Assembly: GCA_030704615.1 (NCBI GenBank)
Contig: CM060732.1
Span: 38,812,001-38,876,000 of the forward strand
Direction of reading: 5' to 3'
Source: Takakia lepidozioides
Taxonomy: Eukaryota > Plantae > Bryophyta
Length of the DNA: 64,000 bases
The position numbers and the translations under genes were made by a program. Of the stretch, positions 48,461-62,225 are shown piece by piece. Position 1 is the first letter of the stretch, and the number at the start of each line of letters is the position of its first letter. The notes beneath the pieces are model-generated. The model worked only from the letters and a program-made list of their open reading frames with translations, did not search any database and was not told the origin of the DNA.

Positions 48461-50845
48461 ACGGTGGCTTTAGGACGGCGGTGGTTTTAGCACAATTTCT
48501 TCCTGTAATGTCGTGGCACCTTCTCTATCGAGCCCCTTCTAGCCCCACTCATTTTCGATCACCTGTGTGGGTAGCCGTTGCTGGCCAATGGGGGCACGTA
48601 TTGCCGTTGCCCCAAAGAAGATCACCTGAGAAGGTTTTCCGCATTGGGTTTTCAATGTTTGCATCTCCTTGTTTAAAAACAACAGTGATTACTTGTCCCT
48701 CTCCATTCCCGGTGGGCGCACACTTCCTCAATGCCACCCTGTGTAAGTGCCTTCTGCATTCGACGGAGCGGGATTGGAGGATCGCGATTGCGTGAGCCGG
48801 TGATGGGAGACATTATAGTGGAGTTGGACTTCAGTGAAGGTACACGCAGGGTGACGAGTTTCCGAGCACTTCTGTGGGATTCTCTTTGGGTGAGGCCTGC
48901 CAGTGGACAACAGTGGATACTTGTTGTGCGAGATAGACATGGAAGACGGAGTGTTCGTCTCTTCGTCATGAGATGTTGCTGCGGCGAGTTCTGGCGTTCT
49001 TACTACCATAACTATACTGCACCTCCACAGTATTTGCTCCCGGATAGGGCTCTTGAGTTGCTCACTCACTCTTCTGGGCCTAAAAAAAACACTGACGGGA
49101 ACTTGTCTCCCACTCGCCGCCCCATGCATGGAAGTGAAAATTGTACGCCGCCATTTTTGTCCGTTTCCTCCCTAAAAGGCCGGGTACATGGAAGGCTGCT
49201 CTTAGGTGGCTGATTATTCAATGAGCTATTATGCCCAAGTTTTTATTTGAGCTAATTTTGCTCAATGGGCTTAAATTATTTTTAACTAGCAATGATTCAA
49301 GTGAAAGTACCAAAATAGCAACTCAAGATAGTTAAATTGAGCATCCAATCATGCTATACTTATCTCAACTAATTTTGCTCAATTAGCTTCAATTAGCAGT
49401 GACTCAAGTAAAGAATGTTTGTATAGCAGGTGGAGATAACTCGGCAAATTTGTTTTACTTTTTTTCATAATATTTTAGATATATTTTTTATACAATAAAG
49501 CACCAAGATTTCACCCAACAATTTTATAGGATATTTTAATATAAACCTTCATAAACCTAACAATGAATCTAATCATTCATGACAAATCACCATTTCTTCC
49601 ATTTATGGCATCTTACATTCAAAGAATATACTATAATTTATAATTTTCAATTAGATAATATCAATATATCAAGATAGGTAGTTTGTTTGTTTTGTTTTGT
49701 AGCGTCGTTGACATCTCCCAAACCGTAAGGCCTCCGTCCGCGGTCTTGATACTGCTAGAAAACCCTCACCAAGGCGGTTTCATAATTTTTGGATTTGGGC
49801 CTTGTGGGAGATATTGAATTTCAAGTATTTTTTTTCACTGAAAAATTCATAAAAGTAGCAGATTGGGTTTGTCTCTAATATAAAAATGGCAGTAGATTAT
49901 GTGCTAAAAAGTAGAGGCCACATTACTATGGATTATTGCAACCATACAACATTATTTGTCTAGAACAGAAGAAGCATATTGGATGGACCACAATTTCCCT
50001 AGCATTTAATGTCCCGAATTATTTTGTCAATCATTTCACAACCAATTCATATTTGCCTTGGACCACTCAAGTCCATATTTTCTGTATCCATTGACCTGTT
50101 TAATTTTTAGGTAAATGAAGCAACTTTGATAAGTGAGAAGGTGAAAAAATATTTGAAAAGGTGGCGGGTGGTGATGTAAGAAAAATGAATCATCCGTTGT
50201 TTAAAGCAATATAGACTAGAAAATGATCAGTAGAGTGATAGACAAGAAGTTGCTTCGTAACTGTAAGAATGCGAAGATCGCTCGAGGAGTGACTGAGGAC
50301 TCAGACAGGAAGACTTGATCGACTTGGGAACGGCCTCATGACAGTCTTCACGTCAAGGGTCACAAGGGGATCACTAGACTACAAACAAGCAAACCTGCTT
50401 CAGGATTGGGGTACTGTTGCTTTCAAATAAGTCGGCCGGAACACTTGGATCCGTGCATCCCTCTGCTTGGCAACGTTTGGATTCATGACGCTACTTGAGA
50501 TTTCTGACTCTTAATTTCCTTGTATGTGCGTAATTCAGAATGGTCTGATGTTGGAATAAGAACAATTCTCCGGACGAGTCCGCACAATGTGACAGAAAGT
50601 TGTTAGAGGAGTACTGTTTGTGGGGCCAGATATGGCGTAATCATCAGCTGCAATCCAGCCGCCCACTAGCCAAGCTTGACATGCTAAGAGCTCTGATCAT
50701 TTGCTTCTCAGCCGTCACCCCTGAAAGTATAAGAACATGGCGGGATCTAAGCTGAGATATTGTGAGCCTCAACATCTTCCCTGCAGTATCACAACAGATC
50801 CCCGGCCTGTGAAGGTGGACGTTCAGTACCCTGTCTTTGGAGAAG

Positions 50846-53800
50846 ATGGAGCTGGCTCCCCGCGGGAGGAGATCATCACCTATCATGACTTTGTTACTGT
50901 GGCTTGTGCTGGTGCTGCATACTGCTACTTTCGGCGTCTGTGAAGAGCATAGGGCTGGTTCTGAGATCCGTAGGCAAAGTCTGGATGAATCATCTGGTCT
51001 GTGCGCTTCAATCATATTAGTGGACGGGTACCCTTGTGAAGAAATTACGGTCTGTATTGTTTACATCCCTTCGTGTCATTTCCATGGATGCCGTATGTAG
51101 TTGTAGCATCTTTTGTACTTCTACATTGTGCCAAGGACAGGTAGTTTGGACACCTCATTGTGAGAAATCCAGCATAGCGCGAATTCGGGATCAATACTTC
51201 AATAGACGCCATTTCAGCCAGCCACAGATTGAAGGGACAGTGAGTGAAGGGGATTCTGGGTGAAGAAACTCATTGAAGCTCACTTTAGACGCCAGCTACA
51301 AGACTTTCTGGAGACAATTAATCTCATTGACACAACCGAATGAATGGAGAACTGTACAGGTGCAGACATCGGATGGGTTTCTGCTGGGCCTACAGCGCAT
51401 TCCATATGGAGCGAGCGGACCAGGATCATCAAGTGGAAGCCGACCACCTGTCTACCTCCAGCACGGAATATTTGGGGTATGTCACATCTAGTCTCAGGTG
51501 GACGTATTTGCTGACCCGTGACTGGGACTCGACTGATGCTCTGGGAAAGTCAGACAGACTCCAGCTAATTCCTTAATACTCAAGATTGAGAGTTCATTAC
51601 GTGTCGAAAGTCCGTGTTACCGGTCTGGTCCTCAGTCTCCATCGCCTGAATGTGAAATCTCAAAGTTCTACTTATCCTACAGGTATATATATCAGATGCA
51701 GTTCTAGTTAATTGGATTCATAATGCCTTACAAACTTTTTGAGGCTCTTTCTCACCTGAACAGGGTGGACACAACTGGGTAATCAATCCGCCCCAAGAAT
51801 CGTTGGCATATATGCTGGCAGACCAAGGATTTGATGTTTGGATCGGCAACACGCGTTGCAATTTGTGGAGCCACGGCCACGTTTCCTATTCAACCAGCGA
51901 CACAGTACGTTCTCTGGCCACCTGGTTGATCTCGTCTTTGATACATCATCCACAACTTGTAGGAATTCCTTGACGACGTGTAACAGAGCTCTTCAAGAGT
52001 AAACTGTATATGAATTGAACATGATTAATTCTTGAAATCTGCTCTCTATCTACACATCACGAGCTCTATGTGCTCTCCCACTGCTGACCACTCGGCACTC
52101 TCGTCTGCCCCATGTGATCATGCAGGCTTATTGGGACTGGACATTTGATCAGCATGCATCAAGTGATTTGCCGGCCTTGGTCTCTTATATCTACGGGGCA
52201 ACTGGCACTCCTCTGTATTTTGTCGGTCATTCTCAGGTACAGATATCATACGTACTACTCGGTTCACATAGAGGATACCAAGGGCTTTTTGGTTCTTAAA
52301 GATGACCAGTCCACGGTGACAAGATCTGGATTCGTCTGCTTGCTCGCAGGGGACAATCATGGCCTTGGCAGCCTTCTCTCAGACACCAGAGATAACCCAA
52401 ATGGTCAAGGCGGCTGCCTTGATGAGCCCAATTGCGTATTTGCAGCACATAACGTCCACACTTTCCCGTGTAGCCGCCGATCTCATGCTTGATAAGGTAT
52501 TGTCTCTTGCAAACTTCAAGAGCTTTTCGTGTACTATCCGAATTAATGGAGCATCATGTATCCTGTGGGAATGTGAACACTCGGTTGCCCTCAAACAATG
52601 AGATATCCAGGAATAACTCTAGGCTGGTGACCCTGGTTTGAGATCTGTTCTCTAGACCTCTTTGACACGGGCCGGTCTGGTCTTGTTCACAATGTGCTTG
52701 TGGCAGATTTTCAATCTGTTTGGCATACAGGAATTCACTGAGCACACGTAAGTTTCCAAATCTCGAGATACCTATATAACGTACCTATTATACATGTGTG
52801 ATTGTAAAGTGCAACTATTCTCAGTCGGAAGTGGGACCAGTTTCCAGGAAACAGTCACGTTGAGCTGTTAGTTTCAAGAGTGCTGCTGCAGGTTAAACCA
52901 GCTGGGAATTCCTGGAAGAAAAAGAGCTCTACATCACGTGTCTATGTCTAGGGACGGCTATAACTCTTTGATGCATCCGCGATCTTTTGGGTTCCGTTCT
53001 GAATGTGTTCATGCATTACATGGCCATCAGCAAAGTAGCGAACGAGCTGCTCGACTTAGCGTGCTCGGTTCCAGGTGTCAATTGCGGTGATCTGAACACT
53101 GCGTTTACAGGTGCTTCCTTGTACCTCAAGTGGGACTCAGTATACCATTCTTTAGAGACAATTCCCTGGGGCAAATACATATTCCACTTTTCCCCTAGAT
53201 CACAGCAATGCAGGCGGGGATCTTTGTCTAGGAAATATGGTATAGGAGACCAGATTATTCAAGCTCCCTGTGTTCTAACTTCTTAGGCATAAAACATGCA
53301 TGCAGCTCGTGGGCTTGAATATCCTTCCTAGACATAAGTTGCAATGTACATTGTTACTTCATCAATTACATGCGACCCAACATGCTTTTTGTTTGCTTTC
53401 CGAAGGTGAATTAGGTGGGCATCCTGGAAAATGAATTCAACTGTCATATCCAGCAGCTCCAGGAATGGCCATGTCGTTGTTCAAATCATTCCTTTGAGAA
53501 CCTAGCTTCGTTCATACATGATGCTACTTAGAAACCGATCAGGGCTCTACGGCCAGTGAGCTACTAGTTGGAATTGCTGCAGTAGGCCAATGGCGTATCT
53601 TTCTCTCGGCCAGGTTATTTGAATGATGAATCTGGATCTCGCTTTTTAACATGCGTGCGTGCACATGTTTTCGATAGGGCAAAACTGCTGTTACAACACT
53701 TCGCGCTACATTTACTACAATGAATGGGGGCCCGAATCCACTTCAACGAAGAACTTGCAACATCTTGCACAGAGTAATATCTCACCACTTGAATCTCATC

Positions 53801-54496
53801 ATTCATGGTCATATATTGTTGGACCCTTGCCTTGCAAATTTACTGCGAGCTACTGCCAAACTATTTGACAGTTGCAGGAATGAGATCTCCAGTCATAGTA
53901 CGTCACATGAACATACTGCCTGGACGATCTATCTTATCAGAAGCGCTCATCGACCTTCTCGCGTGAGGATATATTATCCATTAAAATCCTTTCCGACTCT
54001 TTGTCTATAGAAGTGCAACTTGTTCATGAAGAAGAACTCACATCTCAGTCACATCTCGGTCACATGCTCATGTCACTTCTGAATTAGATTGTACTTAGCA
54101 AGATGACGATGAGTCAGGACTATGAAACTTTCTCTGATTCAGATGTGATATCCATTGATGAGCACTTGTGTGTGAAATGCCCGGACAGTCATCCGGTATG
54201 GGGACTTCGCAATGTACGACTTAGGGGCTGCTGAAAACCTCGTGCACTACAATCAATCGACGCCTCCTACATATCCACTGGCCAACATACCGCAACAATT
54301 TCCCATGTTTCTGGCCTACGGAGGAAAGGATGCCTTGGCAGATCCGCAAGATGTGGGACTCCTGCTGAATGCTCTCAAGTGTCAGGTGCAGCCACTCTAT
54401 ATAGACAACTATGCGCACTCCGACTTCACTGCAAGCTATCGAGCCAACGTTGATGTGTACACCCCGCTCATTTCCTTCTTCAATGCCCACACATAA
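50846..54496 (+). CDS. Triacylglycerol lipase (LIP1/acid-lipase-like alpha/beta hydrolase), 9 exons
   Basis: Exons ~50846-51049, 51360-51476, 51764-51904, 52126-52236, 52350-52496, 52708-52747, 53030-53110, 53677-53773 and 54189-54496. Signal-peptide-like N-terminus, VQTSDGFLLGLQRIP, LADQGFDVWIGNTR, nucleophile GHSQG, GGKDALAD and YAHSDF (Ser-Asp-His triad). Confidence 0.93.
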
Positions 54497-55120
54497 TTCA
54501 ATTCTTCAACTTTCCGACTTCATATCAAATTCATTGCACTGCCGCCTTCGATCTATCCGTGGTTGGAGCATCAATTTCTTAGCGTATATAGCGCAGCCCA
54601 TGAAACCCATTTCCAATCTAGACTCTTTACTCCACCGGTAGCACAGTCCAACTTAGATACCAGGAAAACCAGACTCCATCTTTTGGAGGATTACTTAGCT
54701 CCTGCAGGATTCGCATTTATCTCTAGTTACTAAGTTCAGTGATTTCTTTGAAATAAAATTCCCCGTATAGGACTGTGGGTTGGAAAGTATCAAAAGGCCT
54801 GGCAGCTTTTTTAGTTCGGATCTTAGGCTTTGATTATATACAATTTGTACAAGGTGATTGATCGCTCTCAAAACAAGAGGCCCCGAGGTCCCTACCAAGT
54901 AGGAGTGACGGTTAAAGGGATCTCACAGACAACTTCCATTCTCTCACAGTGTTGATAGAGCTACTCAAATACCCCAACAAAGAGGGAATCTCATTGCCAA
55001 CCAGAGCGTGCAAGCTTCAATGTCCATAGTTTTTTATATGTGGGTAATGCCAAAAGTACTGGCACTTTCTACTATCAACGTTCTTGCACATTTTTTGGTG
55101 GAGCATCCATAAGTTCTGAT

Positions 55121-58100
55121 CTAAGGAACGGCATAGTCTGCCACTTGGCTCGCAAGAACTTCTCTGATGGCATCACCTTCCTGGGGCTTGTCTGGGGCAG
55201 CGGCTCGAGCAGCTGCTAGTCTAGCAGCATAGTTTTGACTTGCAGCATCCAAAGAATCCGCAGCTTTCTGCTTCAATGCCTCCATCCTATCAAGGGCCTG
55301 ATCCTGAATTCCACCGGCAGCTCCAGTATCCCAGGTCGAGTCAGCCGTCGTCGTTGTTTCCCCAGCTCTATCCTGGGCAGACTTTTCAGTCGCCTCGTTG
55401 ACACTACCCAAGAGCTCCGCGGCCTTCTGCTTCAGCGACTCCCAGGTGAATTTAGGACCCTCATCATGGTCTCCGGGAGTAGCTCGGGCGGCACCTATGG
55501 GCTCGGACGCTTTGTCAGTGGCAGCATCTATCTTCCGAGGAAGCTGCTCCTTAGTAGCTTCTACGGTCTCTCCTGTTTTCTGCTTAGTAGAATCCCAAGT
55601 ATCTGCGGTCTTGTCTTTCGCCTCCGCGGCCTTCTCCTTGGCCGCTTCAGTTGTCTCAGAAGCTTTAGATTGGGTAGACCCCAGCAGTTCCGCAGCTTTC
55701 TGCTTTATTACTTCAAACATTGAAGCTGCACCCTGCGCAGATTCCCCCGCCTTGTCTTGGGCAGCTGCAGCAGTTTCAGATGCTCTATCCTTAGTTGCAT
55801 TCACTGTGGAACTGGCACTTTCCTTCGCTCCTTGAGCCCCATCTTTGGCAGCTTCAGCAGTTTCGGATGCTTTATCCTTAGTTGCATCCACTGAGGATTT
55901 GACACTTTCCTTCGCTCCTTGAGCCCCATCTTTGGCAGCGTCAACAGTTTCAGATGCTTTATCCTTTGTTGCATCCACTGAGGATTTGACACTTTCCTTC
56001 GTGCCTTGAACCTTGTCCTTTGCTGCGCCTGTCAGCTCCCCTGTCTGCTCCTTAGTAGCTTCTACGGTCTCTCCTGTTTTCTGCTTAGTAGAATCCCAAG
56101 TATCTGCGGTCGTGTCTTTCGCATCCGCGGTCTTCTCCTTGGCCGCTTCAGTTGTCTCAGAAGCTTTAGATTGGGTAGACCCCAGCAGTTCCGCAGCTTT
56201 CTGCTTTATTACTTCAAACATTGAAGCTGCACCCTGCGCAGATTCCCCCGCCTTGTCTTGGACAGCTGCAGCAGTTTCAGATGCTCTATCCTTAGTTGCA
56301 TTCACTGTGGAACTGGCACTTTCCTTCGCTCCTTGAGCCCCATCTTTGGCAGCTTCAGCAGTTTCGAATGCTTTATCCTTAGTTGCATCCACTGAGGATT
56401 TGACACTTTCCTTCGCTCCTTGAGCCCCATCTTTGGCAGCGTCAACAGTTTCAGATGCTTTATCCTTTGTTGCATCCACTGAGGATTTGACACTTTCCTT
56501 CGTGCCTTGAACCTTGTCCTTTGCTGCGCCTGTCAGCTCCCCTGTCTGCTCCTTAGTAGCTTCTACGGTCTCTCCTGTTTTCTGCTTAGTAGAATCCCAA
56601 GTATCTGCGGTCGTGTCTTTCGCATCCGCGGTCTTCTCCTTGGCCGCTTCAGTTGTCTCAGAAGCTTTAGATTGGGTAGACCCCAGCAGTTCCGCAGCTT
56701 TCTGCTTTATTACTTCAAACATTGAAGCTGCACCCTGCGCAGATTCCCCCGCCTTGTCTTGGGCAGCTGCAGCAGTTTCAGATGCTCTATCCTTAGTTGC
56801 ATTCACTGTGGAACTGGCACTTTCCTTCGCTCCTTGAGCCCCATCTTTGGCAGCTTCAGCAGTTTCGGATGCTTTATCCTTAGTTGCATCCACTGAGGAT
56901 TTGACACTTTCCTTCGCTCCTTGAGCCCCATCTTTGGCAGCGTCGGCAGTTTCAGATGCTTTATCCTTAGTTGCATCCACTGAGGATTTGACACTTTCCT
57001 TCGTGCCTTGAACCTTGTCCTTTGCTGCGCCTGTCAGCTCCCCTGTCTTCTGCTTGGTAGCCTCCCACGTCTCTGCGGCCGTACTCTTCGCTGCATCGGT
57101 GTACTCTGCTGCCTTCGGCGAAGCAGTATCCTTCGTCTCTGCTGCTGTTTGCTTTGTTGAAACAACCGTACCCGCGACGGCCTGCTTAGCTTGTTCAGCA
57201 TAATCGTAGGTACGATCCTTTGTTTTCGCTAACCTGTTGACAATCAGGCAACAAGAGAGCAATCAAGATCAAAAAGTTTCAACTGCACATGATTTTGTTT
57301 CCCACCCCTTTCGGTCTTTCTGCCATTAGATCTTCTTCAAACACCAGCCTTTTGCCAAAAGCTTCTCTCTCTCATCAGTCTAAATCCAAGTTACAGCCAC
57401 AATGCATCATGTTATGGGGTGAAAAGAAGCATCATCGAAAACTTCCATCTGCAATCAGTTCCAACAGATCACCCTCTTCACCCACTCTGACCAGATTCAG
57501 TTCTACTGCTTATCCGCATTCCAACTCAATATCTCTGTTCCATAGTAGCTTCTTACGTTTCCTGGGTGCCCTCCTTGGCGCTCTGGGCAGCCTCCGATGC
57601 CGCCTCCGTGGTCTGCTCCAACTTCTCCTTCGCCGTAAGCTTAAGCTCGTTCAGCTTCTCAATTGCTACCTGCGTATATTCATAGAGTGTATCCTGCATA
57701 ACAACCACCACCATAACCTTAAATACACAGCTCTGCCAAGCCAGCCTTGAATCTTCCAGCCAATTTCCGGAGCAACTCTGCCACGTATCACCGTTAGGAG
57801 ACAACACTATACATGCAGATGCTCTCCACAAGTGCTCTGCAAGGAAAAACAATTTTCGAAGAAAATCGGGCAGAGACTCACCGTGGTGGTGTCTTTAGCT
57901 TGCGAAGCATAATCGACAGTATCCTCCATGGCGGCCGCAGCTGCATCCTTGGCAGCCTGGTACCGATCCTCAGCAGTTTTCAGGACAGAGATCCCTTGGT
58001 CTTGAGCGGCCCCCTTGGTGTGCTGCAGGGACTCCTTGGCCAAGTCGGTAGCTTTGGAGGCCTTCTCCCTCGACTCTTGTGCCCTTCGATCGGCCTCAGC

Positions 58101-58133
58101 CCTGAGCTGTGGGTCTCCCCTCTCGGACGCCAT
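55121..58133 (-). CDS. Late embryogenesis abundant (group 3 / LEA_4-type) protein, 3 exons
   Basis: Exons 58133-57882, 57693-57557 and 57233-55121 join in frame. A/K/T/E-rich 11-mer repeats (TKDKASETAEA-type). Confidence 0.9.
55546..57050 (-). repeat. Three near-identical 501-bp (167-codon) tandem repeats within LEA exon 3
   Basis: Shadow ORFs recur with an exact 501-bp period (55801/56302/56803 and 56006/56507). Confidence 0.92.
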
Positions 58134-58239
58134 CGCCAAACCTTCCTTCACCGTGCTTCCAAGCTCCCAACGGAAACAAGTCCTTACATACCTGCTTCTG
58201 CAAATCCCCCACAACTATACCTGCGAGAGATACCATCCA

Positions 58240-58335
58240 TCACCCACTTGGCAACAACATGTAGGAAACGCGTGTCGTGTTGCCACATGTCTGGTGAAGT
58301 GGCACCCAGGACTTTCACCAGCAGTTCCACGTCCC
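58240..58335 (-). promoter_or_regulatory. ABA-responsive-type promoter motifs upstream of LEA (CE3-like ACGCGTGTC, ACGT/G-box-like cores)
   Basis: ACGCGTGTC at ~58268, GCCACATGTC at ~58282 and CCACGTC at ~58327, all 100-200 bp upstream of the LEA ATG. Confidence 0.55.
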
Positions 58336-59892
58336 CTAGGGTGTGTAAAATGTAGGGCCCACCCAAATGGGAGAGTTAGCCGCAAGACGAAGCATTGGGT
58401 GTAGTTGCTGATGAAGCTTTGGCCCATCCAGATTTGAACCCAGTATCACCTGGTTAGATCCACTAGCCCCAAAATATAGGTACCACTTGTTTACTTTATT
58501 TTTGTAAGAGGAAGCCACCATGTCATCCAATTGAATGCAGGTCAATTGAAAGTGGGAAGACGACTTGTGTGTGGTGACAGAGATCCCAGACCTTCCCGAG
58601 CATAGAATCCACTCACAAAACAATGGACTCCTCTTTGGTTCTAGTCCCCACCAGTTACCTGCATTCCTATGACACGCCTACTCCTCAAAGAGCTTGCAGG
58701 CAAGATCCAGGTCGCTTTGAGTAGATCATACACATAGTACTAGCAGGAAAACTTCAACGTCTCAGAGAAACTATGGATCTTTTTAACTCTTACAACCAAT
58801 AAAATAGTATTTCAGTTCCCGCCAACTCAGGAACTAGGCTTCAGAACAAAATACCCAGGTTTCACACCATTGCAAAAGAGACTCTGACTCATTGAGAAAA
58901 ACGAAATCACGTAACATCTTCCCCACAGTTGCATCCTTGATCATGTTTGCAACCACAGAAAGTCCAACCTCAAGCAATAAGTGGAGGGAAAATTTTGTTT
59001 TCAGGGAATATCAAGGACTGGTGGTTTTAGAGGAGTTAAAATCAAAGGACAAGCCTTCAGTGGCTGATCCAAATTGTCACATTTAGGAAATCCTACCAGG
59101 CCACATAGTAGACACTAAGAGGTGGCCCCTCAAAATGTACAAGCAACTGCTCTGATCAAGATAAGTAACAAACACGCCATACAAAAGATGACAACTCTAC
59201 GGGGTTACATCCAGCCAAATCTACGTCACAAGCACCTGGCAGCGCATGGAACTTTCACAGCTTGCAACCACACAGCCCATCATTCCTGGCTGAAGGGTGA
59301 ATCACCGCATTTCTGTGCATAAGCAAGAACAAGATTGTGATGCATCATCTGAAGAAAAGCTTACTCGTCCCCCAATTATGAGCTTCCATTCCAAGCAGTC
59401 CATAACACACCGCAAAGTGTCCTCTGGTGACTATGACGAGACGAATTGCTTGCACTTACGACAGCTGTTGTACGCAAAAAGAACCATGATAGCTGCAGTC
59501 TTGGACTTAGAAAACTCAAGATGGCACCCAAGTTTGGTAGTAACAGCTGGCTGCTGAACGTCACCACACAAACACACACACACACACACATACCCCAGGG
59601 GATGTAGACTACTCCTTCAAGGAGAGGTAAGGACAGATTACGGCACATTTGATCATTGAGAGTTCCATGTGGTTCAGAGGAAGAAAAGAGTGTGGAGATC
59701 TGTGGTCAGAAACCGAAAAAGTTGAACTGGGCATCGGCACTGCACTAGTATCAAGAAGGGAACACGGTCCATTACTCTTCATTTGCTTGCTGCCGAAATT
59801 CTGAGAGTTGGGGCTCTCCACTGACAACCTCACTGTGAGCAAAGTATCATGGGTGTTGAATCCTCCCAACCTTCAAAGGAGCATAGGCAGAA

Positions 59893-61398
59893 TCATGCAT
59901 CAGTCACATTCACCAGTTCATACTCAACCAAGGAGAGATTGTTGTCCTCTTTCACACTGAAGTCAGCAGGTTCAGCCACCTCAACCCTCCCCCATTTATC
60001 CACAGCCAGTCGCATTGACCCCTTGAACATGTCGATCTTTGCATTCCGTAAAATTACGGTTACCCCTTCCTTCATCATGTCCACTATTGTTGGAAACACC
60101 ACAGAAGGACAGCCATAATCAATTCCTCAACGCAAGGATGCCATATTAGCCCGACATCATCACCTCAAACACTACATGTACACAACATCAACTACCATAG
60201 ATGTCCAACCTAACCTTGTTTAGTTATCAAAATTGCTCTTAGAAACTAAACACAGACTGTCCTAGCACCTAAAGCTGTTTAACCGTCAGCTAACTTCTGC
60301 TTACAACAGAGGGCTAAGTTAGAAAAACACCAGAAGCAACAGCAAGGGATAGACGAACAGCAATTGCACATGACCCCCCTTGTTGGTCTTCTGAGTAAAA
60401 TTTGAGTCTCAGGGTATGAAAAGTCAAGAAAGTCTACGCTCTATGTATGTGGACAGGCTACAATGCATTATATTATTCGGTCTTCATTTCATATTCTTTA
60501 ATGCATCCTTCTACACAATGTCAGCAATTGTAGCCTATCTATATAGGTGTAGCATAGACATTTGTGCAGATAACCTACTGCAATTCTACTCAGACAGAAA
60601 AAAAAAAAAGGATCCACAAGGCACACCTGGTTTTGCAATGCCTCTCTCTTCAAACTAAAACTAATTCACTCTAAAGTACTCCACAGGATTAACACAGGGT
60701 TAGCAGGACCTGACCTGTCAGTTGGAATCTGGTTATAACTGTCAGCTATGTTTGACAATTTAAGACAGATAGGCTTTTTGCCAGGCCGACCAGCTACCTG
60801 AAGTACTTAATTAAGCAGTGGAAAAGGTTTGCATATGCTCCATTAGTGACATACAGGTACTGCAGAGCTAGGCGGCTTGAAACCCTAAGATGTGGAGGGA
60901 AAGGCAGGAGCTTCAGTATAGCCGGGTGCTAAGGAGTGCTTCAGATGCTCAGACAACAACGAGGCATTTACCATGGTGTTTCAACAAAGCTGATTGTTCT
61001 ATCGAGTACAGGGTTCCAAAATAACTTAATCGCATTTCCTGAAGGAAACGATTTAAGGAAATGTCACCAAGCTATTATGTCAGCTGCAAGGAAAAACTAA
61101 TGGAACCGTAATGATCAAAAAATAATAGAGCAGCAAATCAATGACTTGAGGCTTAAATCGCACGATTTAGGTTACCTTGCTCATTTCTGGCAGTGAAGAC
61201 AATGACGCCCGTGTCATCTCCAACGATACACTCAGCAATACGCACATGACGCACTTGGTTGCCATCCGGACGCGCCTTCTGAAGTACCAGCTTTGCGCTT
61301 ACCACCTTGACGGTTACAGTGTGACCTGAGGTACCCGGCCGCAGTTGATCCACCTTAATGAATACAGGCTTCCGAAGAGTGGAATTTGCAGCTGCCAT
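59893..61398 (-). CDS. Small nucleic-acid-binding OB-fold protein (At4g28440-like), 2 coding exons
   Basis: Exon 61398-61176 (LRKPVFIKVDQLRPGTSGH...IAECIVGDDTGVIVFTARNEQ) joins in frame with exon 60083-59893 (VDMMKEG...RNAKIDMFKGSMRLAVDKWG...NNLSLVEYELV). Confidence 0.93.
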
Positions 61399-62104
61399 TT
61401 CCTCAGAGAAGGTATTACAACTTAAGCCTGTATATGTTCGAAAAAGCCTTGCTTTATCTTTCAACCGATCTCAGAACAACCTGGTAAAGGCAACGTCAGA
61501 TTCATGTCACAACCGATGCAGCGAACGCAAGACAACACAACACAACACCAGAACTAACATCCAATAATGGCACCAAACCAAGCCTTTTACCACTAAGCTA
61601 ATCATTATCTGTCAACGCCTCTTTTCTCCGCAAGCGAAACAACACACACACTCTCTCTCTCCCCCCTAACCTATCTTTCGCGACTCCCTAAGATACCACC
61701 AGACAACATGAGCGTCACCTGCAATGATCACAATTCCCTCACACCTCAAGACCTTTCCTGATACGCATAAAACTCGTCTCGGGAAAGCGATCTACCTAAC
61801 TTAACACGACAGGTTCAATATCGACCAGAAGAGCGACAACACACAAAGAGAGAGAAGCGGTTTCACTCTCAGACCTAGTTGCCGCCTCCGCTGTTACGAA
61901 CGCCACAAAAGAGCGACGGTCGTACGTGAGGTCGAAGATGCAGTGGCCGCAGGTGATGCACGACCACACCACACAAACCGTTTCTAAGTCCCCGTCTTCC
62001 CAGGCCACACCGAGGAGCTTTGCTCGGCTCTCTCTCTCTCTCTCTCGCACCTTGAGAGCTCAACAGTTTGTTGGCCCGCCTGAAACCTTTCCCAATCGCC
62101 AGGT

Positions 62105-62225
62105 GCCCTTTATATATTTAGCCGCCTCAAAGACTGCCTGCGGGGCAAACAGTATGGGATTATTCTTCCTCCCATTAGTCGATGGTCTAATACATCCCAC
62201 GGCCCACGGCCCCGGGCCCTATCTC
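62105..62225. promoter_or_regulatory. Putative core promoter (TATA-like plus site-II GGCCCA/GGCCCG motifs) of the OB-fold gene
   Basis: TAAATATATAAA on the minus strand at ~62109-62120, upstream of a GA-repeat leader. GGCCCACGGCCCGGGCCC at ~62201. Confidence 0.4.

Noticed and set aside
55235-57203. Plus-strand and alternative-frame ORFs over the LEA gene
   Set aside because: Shadow frames of the repetitive LEA coding sequence.
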